Shown here piece by piece: positions 10,523 through 20,019 of a stretch of 64,000 nucleotides of DNA (position 1 is its first letter; each line of letters starts with the position of its first letter). Below the pieces are notes generated by a model that was not told where the DNA came from, did no database searches, and saw only the letters and a program-made list of their open reading frames with translations. The translations under genes and the position numbers were made by a program. The DNA is from a virus: IMG/VR virus record IMGVR_UViG_3300045988_080614. One strand, written 5' to 3'.

Positions 10523-10664
10523 AATCAGTATGAAACATATTAATATAATTAGTAGTAGTAAAAGAGGCTAAAACTATTACTTTATTATTTTTAATTTCAA
10601 TATTTTCTTTTTTAATTTTAGTCTTTATTACTAATCTAGACATAATATAATCTAAAGTATTCAT
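10512..10664 (-). CDS. small hypothetical protein (50 aa)
   Basis: Hand-translated MNTLDYIMSRLVIKTKIKKE... It fills an otherwise empty gap and overlaps its neighbours. Confidence 0.3.
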   Translation of the reverse strand: MNTLDYIMSRLVIKTKIKKENIEIKNNKVIVLASFTTTNYINMFHTDYGE

Positions 10665-10828
10665 TATTTTAATAGTTTAAGTACCTCTTCACATTTATGT
10701 TTAATTTCTTGAGCATAATTAGCAGCTTCACTACTATATTCACTACAATAATCTATAATATTATTAGCAGTACTTCTAATAGATACTAAAGCTAAAAAAG
10801 ACTCTTTTAGTTTATCTTTTTGTGTCAT
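10664..10828 (-). CDS. small hypothetical protein (54 aa)
   Basis: Hand-translated MTQKDKLKESFLALVSIRSTANN... Starts 2 nt after the upstream stop. Confidence 0.3.
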   Translation of the reverse strand: MTQKDKLKESFLALVSIRSTANNIIDYCSEYSSEAANYAQEIKHKCEEVLKLLK

Positions 10829-10829
10829 A

Positions 10830-11243
10830 TTAAGTTATATTGCATAATACTTTACTAAAATCAGAATTACCTTTATTAATGTCATTAGTAAACCATCTTA
10901 TAAATGCAAGATTATGATTATTCTCTTCCATTTCTTTATAAATCTCCTTATATTCAATTAACTGGTCAATAATATCTTTTTTAGGATTTTTCAGTACAGC
11001 TTTTTCATATTCTACTATTTTATTTACAATATGATTAGTTTCCTCATCTAAAGAATTGATACATTCAGTTAAATTATCATAAGTTAATTTTGTATAGACA
11101 TCTCCATCACTTGCCCATACAGGAGCAATAGCTTCTACTACTGCTCTATAAATAGGATGATTTCTACTAAAAGACATAAATAGCAAAGGAGAACCCTCTG
11201 GATTCTCCTTTCTTTTTAAATAAATATTTAAATAACTACTCAT
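10830..11243 (-). CDS. hypothetical protein
   Basis: 137-aa ORF with an ATG start, in an operon-like array. Confidence 0.55.
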   Translation of the reverse strand: MSSYLNIYLKRKENPEGSPLLFMSFSRNHPIYRAVVEAIAPVWASDGDVYTKLTYDNLTECINSLDEETNHIVNKIVEYEKAVLKNPKKDIIDQLIEYKEIYKEMEENNHNLAFIRWFTNDINKGNSDFSKVLCNIT

Positions 11244-11670
11244 CCTTATTTTCTTTTAATTCAATATATTTATTAAGGTACCATTCAGCTTTTTTCTTAT
11301 CTTGAATATCTGTACCTTTAAAATTTGCTCTCCATTGATATTTAAAAGCATTTAACTCACAAAAAGCAAGTACTTTTTCTTTACCAAAAATATCAAGCAT
11401 CACATCAATACATTCATATTTATTATTTTTATAATGAGAAGGATGATTAACCATTTCTTTTTGTTTATTTGGTAATGTATTAATCTTTTTAAAGTATATT
11501 GTTAATTCTGCTTTATCCCTCCAATAATGGCTTTTATTACCTTGATTATCAGTAATACAATTATCAAAGTCACTAGTATATAATTCTCCTTCGGTGTAAG
11601 CAACATCTTCTGGATTACCATCCATTATAACTGGTTTAATACATTCAAATTTATCTCCTTTTTTAATCAT
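11236..11670 (-). CDS. DUF3310-like phage protein
   Basis: C-terminal pattern PSHYKNNKYECIDVM...AFCELNAFKYQWRANFKG...DKKKAEWYLNKY matches my recollection of the DUF3310 family signature. Confidence 0.5.
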   Translation of the reverse strand: MIKKGDKFECIKPVIMDGNPEDVAYTEGELYTSDFDNCITDNQGNKSHYWRDKAELTIYFKKINTLPNKQKEMVNHPSHYKNNKYECIDVMLDIFGKEKVLAFCELNAFKYQWRANFKGTDIQDKKKAEWYLNKYIELKENKDE

Positions 11671-11703
11671 ATTAATATTTATTTAATTGTTAAAGTATTC
11701 TTT

Positions 11704-11723
11704 GGTCCTATAAGAGAGAAGAA
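11704..11723. repeat. third copy of the GGTCCTRTAAGAGAGAA motif (see hairpin repeats at 47546 and 48768)
   Basis: ggtcctataagagagaagaa lies immediately after the DNA polymerase stop. It sits in the loop of a 6-bp hairpin (attctt/aagaat). Confidence 0.4.
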
Positions 11724-13865
11724 TTAGTGAACCCAATAGTCTGAGACTTCTGCAACTGCTGGTATAGGAACAGATTTACAATATTTAGCTGCTGATTTTT
11801 CCATAAAATCTTCTAGTACTTTAGGAAATTCATTTAAATTCTCAGGATATTCCCAATTACATTCATCATGAGTTAAATTAGCTAATCTACATTTACCAAA
11901 GTAACCATTATTAACTATCCAATGAAATATAGAAATCTGAGAATCTTTTAATATTATAGCTCCAGTTCCTTGAGTTACAGAATTTAAAGCTTTTCTATCC
12001 CATTTAGATACTTCCTTAAAGTGTTTTTTAACTTCAACATATATACTATCTTTATTAGGTTTATGTATATTTCTATACTCTTCCCAAAATTCAGTTGTAT
12101 AATGTTTCTGTTCTTCTTTCCATTTATTAAAGGTTGCCCAATAAGTCTTATGTCCTGTTATAGGATTAAGAAGAATATATCCTTTATTTCTAACTTCCTT
12201 TGAACCTTTCTCCTTAAATTTAGCAATACCAGGAAAACCTTTTGAATAAGCTTCAGCAAATTTCTCAGCCTCTTCCAAGGTACATCCTTTAGCATTTTGT
12301 ATAGCAAAAGCAGAACCACCAAATTGTTGAGAAAACTCAATAGGTTTTACATCTTTTCTAAGATGAGGATATAATTTTTTAATATCTTTAATAGGAGTAT
12401 CTCTAGGTATTTCTTTAGTGTAAATCATATAAGCACATAGAGAATGCATATCACCACTTCCATGTATAAATTCATCAATCATTGATTGCTCTTTATATAT
12501 ATCAGCACCTAATCTACTTTCAATAGCACTATAATCACAACTACACCATTTATAACCTTTAGGTGCAGTAAAACAACTTCTAGTAATATTATCAGCAGGT
12601 AATTGCTGCATATTAGGATATGGACAAGCTTTTCCTTCTTTCTTTTGTTTTGCTGAAGGTTTAATAGGAAGTTTCTTTAATTTAGCTAAATCATCATTAT
12701 TATCCTTTGAACCACAAGACATTCTACCTGTATCACAGCCTAATTGTCTATATACAGTATGTATTCTATTAGTGTTAGGATTAATAGCATTTAAATGATT
12801 CTGTCCAAAAGATGTTACTACTTTAGCCGAACCATTATAACCTGCATAATAATCCTTATCTTCTGGCTCTCCTTCTCCTAAATAAAGCTTTAAGAATTCA
12901 TCGTTAATTCCTTTTTGCTTCTTTAGTACTTTTTCCATTGCACTCTCTTTATCTTCTCCAGTCTCTTTATCTTGAATTTTAGTATCAAACCCTAATATCT
13001 TTAATAAAGGAATAACTTGATTAGAAGAAGCCCAATTTATAGTACATTTAGGAGTTAAATCAAATCCAGAAAATAAATCTCCTTCTCTATTTATATATGT
13101 AAACTCTTTTAGCTTAGAATTAGATATAACAAATTTATTTAAGTCTTCAATAGCCTCATTTAAATGTTGTTTATCTATATCCATTTTAGCTTTCCATTTA
13201 TTTTCATCTAAATGAATACCACACCACTCTAAGTAGGCTATTACAGGAACAAAATCACACTCTAATTTAGCTCCTACTTTACAATTTTGTTTAGTACAAT
13301 CTTTAAGTTGAGATACCATTATATCATATAGAGGAGTAACATCTCCTGCTGCATATTTAATAGTAGAATCATCAATACCCCTCCATTGTATTTCTCCTCT
13401 TATAGTTTTATCTATATATATTCCTAATCTTCTTTTTGCAATAGATTGTAAACCATAAGAAATACCATTAATAGGGTCTTTATATTCAGGAGGATAACCT
13501 AAATATAAAAGTTGTTCTACAATCATAGTATCATAAACTTTAAAAGGTATAATCTCATCATTGTAAAGCCATTGCAAATCAAATTTTAAATTTTGTCCTA
13601 TTAAAAAATTTTCTTCTAATATATTCTTATATAATTTAATACTTACAGTTGTACAATCAATAACTATTTGAATAGTACCCTCTATATTACCAAATTGAGC
13701 CAAGAGTAATTTACCTACATGTGGGTCCTTACCTAAAGTCTCAGTATCAAATTGAATCATTCTCCAATCTTTCATTATTGTAAGAGATTCTTCTACTGAG
13801 ATTATCTTATAGACATTACTTTCAAATAATTGCTGATTAGCTGTTACTAAATAAATTGTATTCAT
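11724..13865 (-). CDS. family A DNA polymerase with 3'-5' exonuclease domain
   Basis: Exo motifs FDTETLG, NLKFDLQWL and YAAGDV. Pol motif A DYSAIESR, motif B RKDVKPIEFSQQFGGS, motif C LTHDE. The track start at 13892 is GTG; the first ATG is 13865. Confidence 0.9.
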   Translation of the reverse strand: MNTIYLVTANQQLFESNVYKIISVEESLTIMKDWRMIQFDTETLGKDPHVGKLLLAQFGNIEGTIQIVIDCTTVSIKLYKNILEENFLIGQNLKFDLQWLYNDEIIPFKVYDTMIVEQLLYLGYPPEYKDPINGISYGLQSIAKRRLGIYIDKTIRGEIQWRGIDDSTIKYAAGDVTPLYDIMVSQLKDCTKQNCKVGAKLECDFVPVIAYLEWCGIHLDENKWKAKMDIDKQHLNEAIEDLNKFVISNSKLKEFTYINREGDLFSGFDLTPKCTINWASSNQVIPLLKILGFDTKIQDKETGEDKESAMEKVLKKQKGINDEFLKLYLGEGEPEDKDYYAGYNGSAKVVTSFGQNHLNAINPNTNRIHTVYRQLGCDTGRMSCGSKDNNDDLAKLKKLPIKPSAKQKKEGKACPYPNMQQLPADNITRSCFTAPKGYKWCSCDYSAIESRLGADIYKEQSMIDEFIHGSGDMHSLCAYMIYTKEIPRDTPIKDIKKLYPHLRKDVKPIEFSQQFGGSAFAIQNAKGCTLEEAEKFAEAYSKGFPGIAKFKEKGSKEVRNKGYILLNPITGHKTYWATFNKWKEEQKHYTTEFWEEYRNIHKPNKDSIYVEVKKHFKEVSKWDRKALNSVTQGTGAIILKDSQISIFHWIVNNGYFGKCRLANLTHDECNWEYPENLNEFPKVLEDFMEKSAAKYCKSVPIPAVAEVSDYWVH

Positions 13866-14463
13866 TTTTATATTTCCATTTATATCCTGCACAAGTTTTA
13901 TTTTTTCCTGTTAAACACATTCTTAGAGCTGAATTCTTAGCAAAAGGAACTTCATTAACATCATGCCATTCTCTGATAAAATTTCCTTGTAAATCAAATT
14001 GAAGTATAGGTTTTTTATTTCCTTCTGATATTAATTTACCAAGATTTTTCTTTTCTTGTTCAGATAATGATTTATGATAATTTAAAGCCCATTGTCTTAT
14101 TTGTTCTTTTCTTTCTTGAGATAAATGTTCTCCAGTATGGTCATATATAGCATCTCCTCCATCTGAAATATTATATAAAGGTATCTTTAATCTTCTATAT
14201 TCTTGTATAAGATATTGTTCTAGTTTATCCAAAAGTTTTTTTACTTTTTCTTTTGTATCTCGTTGAATTAAAAATAATTCTTTATATTTAAAAGCATCAA
14301 ATCCGTATTTTGCTATAGCACGATGAAAGGGACAATTCTTATTCTTTCCTCTTAAACACTTATGCTCTATCTTTCTTTTATGAGGACGCATAGTTTGACC
14401 AATATAAAATTTATGGGATGGGGACTCATAGATATAAATAACTCCAAAATATTTATTTTCCAT
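13837..14463 (-). CDS. free-standing GIY-YIG homing endonuclease
   Basis: GVIYIYESPSHKFYIGQT...R...H...AIAKYG motif block. C-terminal ...TCAGYKWKYK tail is typical of seg-like endonucleases. Overlaps the polymerase start. Confidence 0.85.
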   Translation of the reverse strand: MENKYFGVIYIYESPSHKFYIGQTMRPHKRKIEHKCLRGKNKNCPFHRAIAKYGFDAFKYKELFLIQRDTKEKVKKLLDKLEQYLIQEYRRLKIPLYNISDGGDAIYDHTGEHLSQERKEQIRQWALNYHKSLSEQEKKNLGKLISEGNKKPILQFDLQGNFIREWHDVNEVPFAKNSALRMCLTGKNKTCAGYKWKYKNEYNLFSNS

Positions 14464-14474
14464 ATTTTTTATTG

Positions 14475-14482
14475 CAAAATTA
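14475..14482 (-). promoter_or_regulatory. -7 box TAatTTTG upstream of the GIY-YIG gene
   Basis: Minus strand reads gTAATTTTGcaat, 11 nt before the ATG at 14463. No clear -33 TTTG. Confidence 0.35.
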
Positions 14483-14571
14483 CAATATAAAAAATAAATA
14501 TTTTTGAGTCTAAAATATATACTTATGATTTATAAAAGAATTACTAAGTATATCATTACTTACTAAACATA

Positions 14572-15060
14572 TCATCTTTTAAATTCTAATTTATTAAAAT
14601 CTAATATATATTTATATGTATTAAAGAAATTAGAACCTAATAAACCATGTACTGTTACACCTTTATTCTGCTTAAGCCAACTAAATGTATGTTTAATTGT
14701 ACTACTACAAACAAATGTTTCTTCAAATTTCTTATTATTATAATAAAGACCTAAAATACCCATTTTATCTGTAGAACATTTACCATTAGCTCCCCATACT
14801 TCAAAGTTTTTTCCAATATAGGAAACATTTAATTTATATTTATCTATAATATCAGCATCAAGCATAGATTGTATACAGCCTGTATCTAATACAAAGTTTA
14901 ATTTCCTATCTCCAATATAAAAGGTTACTATTGGCATATCACATAATTCCATTGATTGTTTAAAAGACATTACATCTTTACTTTTAGTATAGAGAGTGTA
15001 TACATAATACACTCCCATAACTACTAAAAGAACAATAATCCCAATACCAATATAAATCAT
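14572..15060 (-). CDS. membrane-anchored retropepsin-like aspartic protease
   Basis: N-terminal hydrophobic helix IYIGIGIIVLLVVMGVYYVY. Catalytic FVLDTGCIQSML (D-T-G). Downstream HGLLGSNFF flap/dimer motif. Confidence 0.7.
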   Translation of the reverse strand: MIYIGIGIIVLLVVMGVYYVYTLYTKSKDVMSFKQSMELCDMPIVTFYIGDRKLNFVLDTGCIQSMLDADIIDKYKLNVSYIGKNFEVWGANGKCSTDKMGILGLYYNNKKFEETFVCSSTIKHTFSWLKQNKGVTVHGLLGSNFFNTYKYILDFNKLEFKR

Positions 15061-15540
15061 TTAATTAGTAGTACCAATACCCCCTCTATTATCATTATTA
15101 AGATTATCTACCTTAATAAGCTCTACACCATTACTAAATAACCATTTAAGCTTAGTTAAAATACCCGCATTCATCTTAGGCATAATCCTAAATTGACAAA
15201 TTCTAGTACCCTTTGGAATCTCTGTAGCTTTAAATGCTTTAGCAATATAGTTCCATTCATCTTCATTTCCCTTATAGGACTCATCAATAACTCCCTGGGA
15301 ATTAGCAAGTTCAATATTCCACTTATTAGGTGTAGAACTTCTAGGAAGTATATAAGCTTCAAATCCTTTAGGAAGTTCCATAGCAATACCTAGAGGAAGA
15401 TATTTAATCTTTCTAGATTGTACTTCTGGACCTGTAAATCTTACATCTTCTGCAAGCTTTAAATCAATCCAATCACCCTGTTCAATAATTTCTGGCATAC
15501 AGCCTTCAGTAATCTCCTTAACTTTAATCTTTAATTTCAT
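15061..15540 (-). CDS. dut: dUTPase (trimeric type)
   Basis: Motifs ILPRSS, GVIDESYKG and C-terminal NRGGIGTTN. Confidence 0.85.
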   Translation of the reverse strand: MKLKIKVKEITEGCMPEIIEQGDWIDLKLAEDVRFTGPEVQSRKIKYLPLGIAMELPKGFEAYILPRSSTPNKWNIELANSQGVIDESYKGNEDEWNYIAKAFKATEIPKGTRICQFRIMPKMNAGILTKLKWLFSNGVELIKVDNLNNDNRGGIGTTN

Positions 15541-15551
15541 TCTTTTTTAAT

Positions 15552-15734
15552 TTAAAATATTAAACTATTATACATAACTCTTTCATATTGAGCTTTAAAT
15601 CCTTCTTTTTGTCCAAGAGTTAAATTCCTAAACCATAAAGCAACATAATCTCTATACTTAGGATGATTATCCTTAATAAAAGATTGTATTAACCAATCTT
15701 CAAAATCTATATCATAATAAATATTAGTACTCAT
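15552..15734 (-). CDS. hypothetical protein
   Basis: 60-aa ORF with an ATGA overlap to nrdG. Confidence 0.4.
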   Translation of the reverse strand: MSTNIYYDIDFEDWLIQSFIKDNHPKYRDYVALWFRNLTLGQKEGFKAQYERVMYNSLIF

Positions 15735-16222
15735 TTCTGTAATTTATAAGTTATATCAGTAAAGACAGTTTCATAATCTGTAAACTTTCCTTCTGTTCTT
15801 ACTTCTTTAAGACTATATAATCTCTGATTAGTAGTCTTTGAATCTAAACCTCCTAAATTAGATATATAGGAACCTACTTTAAGATAATCTAAAAAATTGA
15901 GAAAATATCCATAATCTTTTATTATATTAATAATATCTGTACCTACATACATAGCTGTTTTAAGATTATTCTTAGACATCTTAATATAAGACCATAACAT
16001 AGGTATATTTTCAGCATTACCCATAAAACATATACAAGTAATACCTTTATTACTATTAATAAGTCTATTTAATTCTTCTATATCTAACTCTTTACCTTCA
16101 TCTTTCCAAAGATTTTTCTGATTACAGTCTTTACAATGAACTTTACATCCAGATATAGCAATACATAAAGTGATTTCATCAGGAATTTCTTGAAATGTTA
16201 CTTTTGCATATTGATACTTCAT
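15731..16222 (-). CDS. nrdG: anaerobic ribonucleotide reductase activating protein (radical SAM)
   Basis: CxxxCxxC cluster GCKVHCKDCNQ near the N-terminus. Lies next to nrdD. Confidence 0.8.
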   Translation of the reverse strand: MKYQYAKVTFQEIPDEITLCIAISGCKVHCKDCNQKNLWKDEGKELDIEELNRLINSNKGITCICFMGNAENIPMLWSYIKMSKNNLKTAMYVGTDIINIIKDYGYFLNFLDYLKVGSYISNLGGLDSKTTNQRLYSLKEVRTEGKFTDYETVFTDITYKLQK

Positions 16223-16593
16223 TATTCATACCATTTAGGATTTAATTGCTCAAATCCATATTTAACTAACTCTTTAAAATTATCCCAAGTATCTAATTGT
16301 AGAGGTCTGTCTCCTATAAATTCAAAATTATAGCATTCTTCTTGATAATCATATCTAAAAGTAGCTAATACTATACATAATTCTTTACTTTTAAATAAAT
16401 CCTTATGTATTCTACAACCAGTATTCTTAGGATAACAATAAAATTCATGATTTAGTTTTATGTATTCATTTTCCTTACCATAATAAAGATTAGGATACCA
16501 TTTAACTATATCATAAGATACAAAAGGAGGCTTGTTACCTACATAACTAGCCTCCCTAAATTCTAATACACCTATTCTTTTAGATTGTATCAT
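16222..16593 (-). CDS. hypothetical protein
   Basis: 123-aa ORF that overlaps both neighbours. Confidence 0.5.
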   Translation of the reverse strand: MIQSKRIGVLEFREASYVGNKPPFVSYDIVKWYPNLYYGKENEYIKLNHEFYCYPKNTGCRIHKDLFKSKELCIVLATFRYDYQEECYNFEFIGDRPLQLDTWDNFKELVKYGFEQLNPKWYE

Positions 16594-16846
16594 GATTAAT
16601 TATTTTATTTATAGTAGCATAAGATTGATTTCCTACAAGTCTATTATATTCTTGGTCTTCACTTAAAAAGATTAAAGTAGGAATACTTCTTATATTATAT
16701 TTTCTTACTAAATCCTGATTATTGTCTTCCTCAATATCAATACTCTTCATATCTGTTTTATATTCTTTAGTAATTCTTTCTAAAGTAGCAGATAAAGCTT
16801 TACATTGAGGACAACTATCAGATTCAAATTTTAATATCTTAATCAT
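16580..16846 (-). CDS. thioredoxin/NrdH-like redoxin
   Basis: CPQC active site, IPTLIF cis-Pro loop region, 88 aa. Adjacent to nrdD. Confidence 0.7.
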   Translation of the reverse strand: MIKILKFESDSCPQCKALSATLERITKEYKTDMKSIDIEEDNNQDLVRKYNIRSIPTLIFLSEDQEYNRLVGNQSYATINKIINHDTI

Positions 16847-16849
16847 TAT

Positions 16850-18117
16850 TTACACATTAATATTTTTATTATATACTCTAGTTCCTGCTTCTATTTGTCT
16901 ATCCACACTAAATAGTTTAATAGGTCTTAAATACCCAATTATCCTTGTATATTGAGATATATTTTTACTATGACATTTAGGACATTCTACTATAGGATGC
17001 TTAGTAATATAACCACAATCTTCACATTTACTATTAGGTATATTAAAAGTAAAATATGAAGTACCTTCTTTAATAGCATAATCTATCAATTTTAGATATT
17101 GTTCTTTACTTAAATGCTCTTCTAAATTAATATGGCAAGCAGAACCTCCATCTGTATATTGATAAGTAGAATTTCCATGTAAATACATCTTATCTAATAC
17201 ACTTATATTAGTATCATTCTGTAAGAAGAAATAAGAATTATATAGATTTCTATTAGAAGGAACAAAATATCCATCTTTTTTATCCCAATTATAATTTTTA
17301 CTAGCAAGAGACTCTGCTGGAACTACTTCGCTATTAAATAAGAATGGTCTTTTCTTATCATTAATTGAATGTAAAGCATTTTGCTCCTTTATAGTAGAGA
17401 GAATAAGCTGAAGGAATTCAATATAATCTTTATTATTATTTACTTTAAGACCTAAGAACTCAGCAGCCTCATTAAGACCATTAATTCCTATAGTAGAATA
17501 AAGCTTCTTAATATGAATATAACCAGCATTACAACAAGTAAACATTCCTGCATCTTCCCAATCATATAATATTGTTTTATATGCAATATGATACTTGTAT
17601 ACTCTTTCAAGAATATTAGTAATATATATATTTAAACTATTTCTATTAACCTCTACCTTAATATCTGGTATTCCTTCATTTTTCCAATCTCCAACCCAGT
17701 CTTGAACAATTCTATTAATATTAAGAGTAATTACATTACAAGAGCCTGTCATAATACCTGTCAATCCTGATGTAGGACTAAATGTATTTTTATCTACTTG
17801 ATTTCTTAACCTGCAACATGAAGCTAAACTATCAGCACTATCACTAATATAAGTAAAGAAACTATGTTTTTCAGCATACATTTCTGCACATAAATCTTTA
17901 TATTCTTTATCAATAATATTTTTACCATTATGTACCATTGCAAATGTTTCCACAGGAAAAGCTACTATTGCTTTTGTTCTAAGTTTATTAAACCATTTCA
18001 TAAACAATCTTTGCAAAGTATCTATTGCTTTCCATTCTGGTTTAGTACCATCAGGATAATAGAATTCTCCAAACATTGCTTCAAAATAAGTTTTATCAAA
18101 ATATGAAATATTTGTAA
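16850..18117 (-). CDS. nrdD: anaerobic ribonucleoside-triphosphate reductase NrdD, exon 2
   Basis: The frame extends upstream of the track ORF to ..(F)TNISYFDKTYFEAMFGEF. C-terminal Zn ribbon CEDC...CPKC and glycyl-radical motif TRIIGYLRP. Exon 1 plus exon 2 total 2166 nt (721 aa). Confidence 0.85.
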
Positions 18118-18338
18118 CATTTTGTTCACATAGAGTCGTTAATTCTATGCAGTTCTCTTATGAACTTCTTATAATTTCTTATAAGCTCAGACTATATCAT
18201 TACTTATATAAGTAATCCCCGCTTCCACTCACTTGAGTGTACTCCATAAAGGATAGTCGTTGAACCTTACCAAAATAAATTGGTCTTGGCTGCTGATTAC
18301 CATATCAAATGACTTAGGGTTCCAGCAATTCAAGGATT

Positions 18339-19043
18339 TTATAGTCCACCTACTTTGCCATGTATTTTATGGTGACATATAGAACATACAGTTATTAAAT
18401 TATTAGGATTGTTTAATTCTTTATCTTTAGTAGCAATTTCATACAATTTATCTATGTCTTCTATTGGAGATAATGGATAATTTTGTACTATAATTCTATC
18501 TAATATTACTTTAAAAGGGATTAAATGATGTACTTGTAGATTATCTTTACTTCCACAAATTATACATTTATTTTTATCTCTATTAAGTATTTCCTTTTTT
18601 AAAGAATTATTACTACAATATTCTCGAAGTCTTTGAGATAATGTAGTTATACCACCCTTCCAATTAGGATGATTATTACCTACCATTAATCCTATTTTAC
18701 TTTCAGAATTGTTTCTAATTTTTATTCCTAAATTCTTTAAAACTCTATCAATAACACAAGGGTCACAATTATATCTAAGACCAAGTTCTTTCTTTGAAAG
18801 TCCTTCTTTTAAATATAATCTTTCCATAACTTCTTTATTAGTAAAATCTTTTGGAATTTCTTTAGACTTAAAATTCCATTGTGACTCTACTAAAGTTCTC
18901 CTTGTAATAGAATGTTTCTTTAATCTTAATAAGATTGTTCTATGTGTAGTCTTAAACTGTTCTGCAATCTCAGTTAAAGACTTTCCTTGTAAATACAAGT
19001 CAATAATAATACTATCATTTAAATCTTTTCTATGTGCTGCCAT
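18339..19043 (-). CDS. intron-encoded HNH homing endonuclease
   Basis: CIICGSKDNLQVHHLIPF...NLITVCSICHHKIHG. N-terminal HTH-like GKSLTEIAEQF. Confidence 0.85.
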   Translation of the reverse strand: MAAHRKDLNDSIIIDLYLQGKSLTEIAEQFKTTHRTILLRLKKHSITRRTLVESQWNFKSKEIPKDFTNKEVMERLYLKEGLSKKELGLRYNCDPCVIDRVLKNLGIKIRNNSESKIGLMVGNNHPNWKGGITTLSQRLREYCSNNSLKKEILNRDKNKCIICGSKDNLQVHHLIPFKVILDRIIVQNYPLSPIEDIDKLYEIATKDKELNNPNNLITVCSICHHKIHGKVGGL

Positions 19044-19063
19044 AAATATAATTATTTAGGCTG

Positions 19064-19095
19064 CAAAGATACAAAATTTATTTGAAAGTACCAAA
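19064..19095 (-). promoter_or_regulatory. Bacteroidota-type promoter inside the intron driving the HNH gene
   Basis: Minus strand reads TTTG (19095-19092)-N20-TATCTTTG (19071-19064), 20 nt before the ATG at 19043. Confidence 0.5.
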
Positions 19096-19102
19096 CTTCT
19101 TA

Positions 19103-20000
19103 ATGGACTTTGATATGACCTATTACCAGCAGGTTGATTAATACCCCATACAAATTGACTAAAGGCTTTATAGATTCTATCTCTTACTGTTCTTTGAATT
19201 TTAATATAAGGACTAGTAGCATATAAATCTAGCTTATCATACCATTTATCTCCAAATTCCATAATAGTATAATAATTTAAAGCTATAAAATAAGAACCTA
19301 CTGCTACTGCACCCTTACATTGAGAGGACAATGTAAATATAAGATTAGTTAATTGACCACTAAATGACTCTAAATCATTAGGTGGAGTAGGAGTTACTCC
19401 ATCAATATTACCTACACCTTCTAACATTAAAGGATAGAGACTTACTGCCATACAATAGAATTTAGGTACAGGAGTACTTGCTTCATCATTAGTATAAATA
19501 ATATGATTATTTAAATCTTTTTCATATTGCTTTGCTAATTCAGGAAATAATTCATTAAGTTTATCCTTCATTCTTTGTCTTTGAATAAGCCTATTTTCAT
19601 CTTTATATACTTCTGCTTCAAGAGATGCTACATTTTTAATAGCAGTATTAGCATTAGGGTCTGTATTACTAGAAGTTGCTGCATTTTCTTGGTTATTCTT
19701 ATATTCTTCCATATAATGTAACCTCTTAATTCTAGTTCTAGCTTCCTTATGTTTTTCTCTATAAAGAATATAAGATTTAGCAATATTAGGATAATTACCC
19801 ATAAGATAATATTCTACTGTATCTTGAATACTTTCAGTATTAATATTATCAGTAGTAAAGGCATTAGCAAATTCTTTAAACTCATTCTCATTAAATTTGT
19901 CTTCTTCCTTACAGGACTCAAAAGCCTTCCTAATAGCATTTACTATTTTATTTGAATCCCATTTAACTTTACTACCATCTCTTTTTATTACATATGTCAT
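19103..20000 (-). CDS. nrdD: NrdD, exon 1 (ATP-cone plus N-terminal part)
   Basis: ATP-cone-like VIKRDGSKVKWDSNKIVNAIRKAF. The track ORF reads through into the intron for 15 codons (LRSLVLSNKFCIFAA) before a stop. Confidence 0.85.
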
Positions 20001-20019
20001 ATATTATTTTAATTAAACA

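Larger units (their letters stand above)
18118..19102 (-). mobile_element. group I intron in nrdD (carries an HNH ORF)
   Basis: Exon 1 ends in U (..agtccaT) and the intron ends in G (..aaaatG). Joining the exons restores QSPFTNISYFD in frame. Conserved P (18319-18332), Q (18288-18298), R gttcaacgacta (18254-18265) and S gatatagtctga (18187-18198) elements appear in the correct order on the minus strand. Confidence 0.8.

Noticed and set aside
18001-18020. Palindromic aatCTTTGCAAAGtat, giving a TActTTTG box on the minus strand.
   Set aside because: It lies inside nrdD exon 2, with no -33 element and no downstream start. Probably coincidental.
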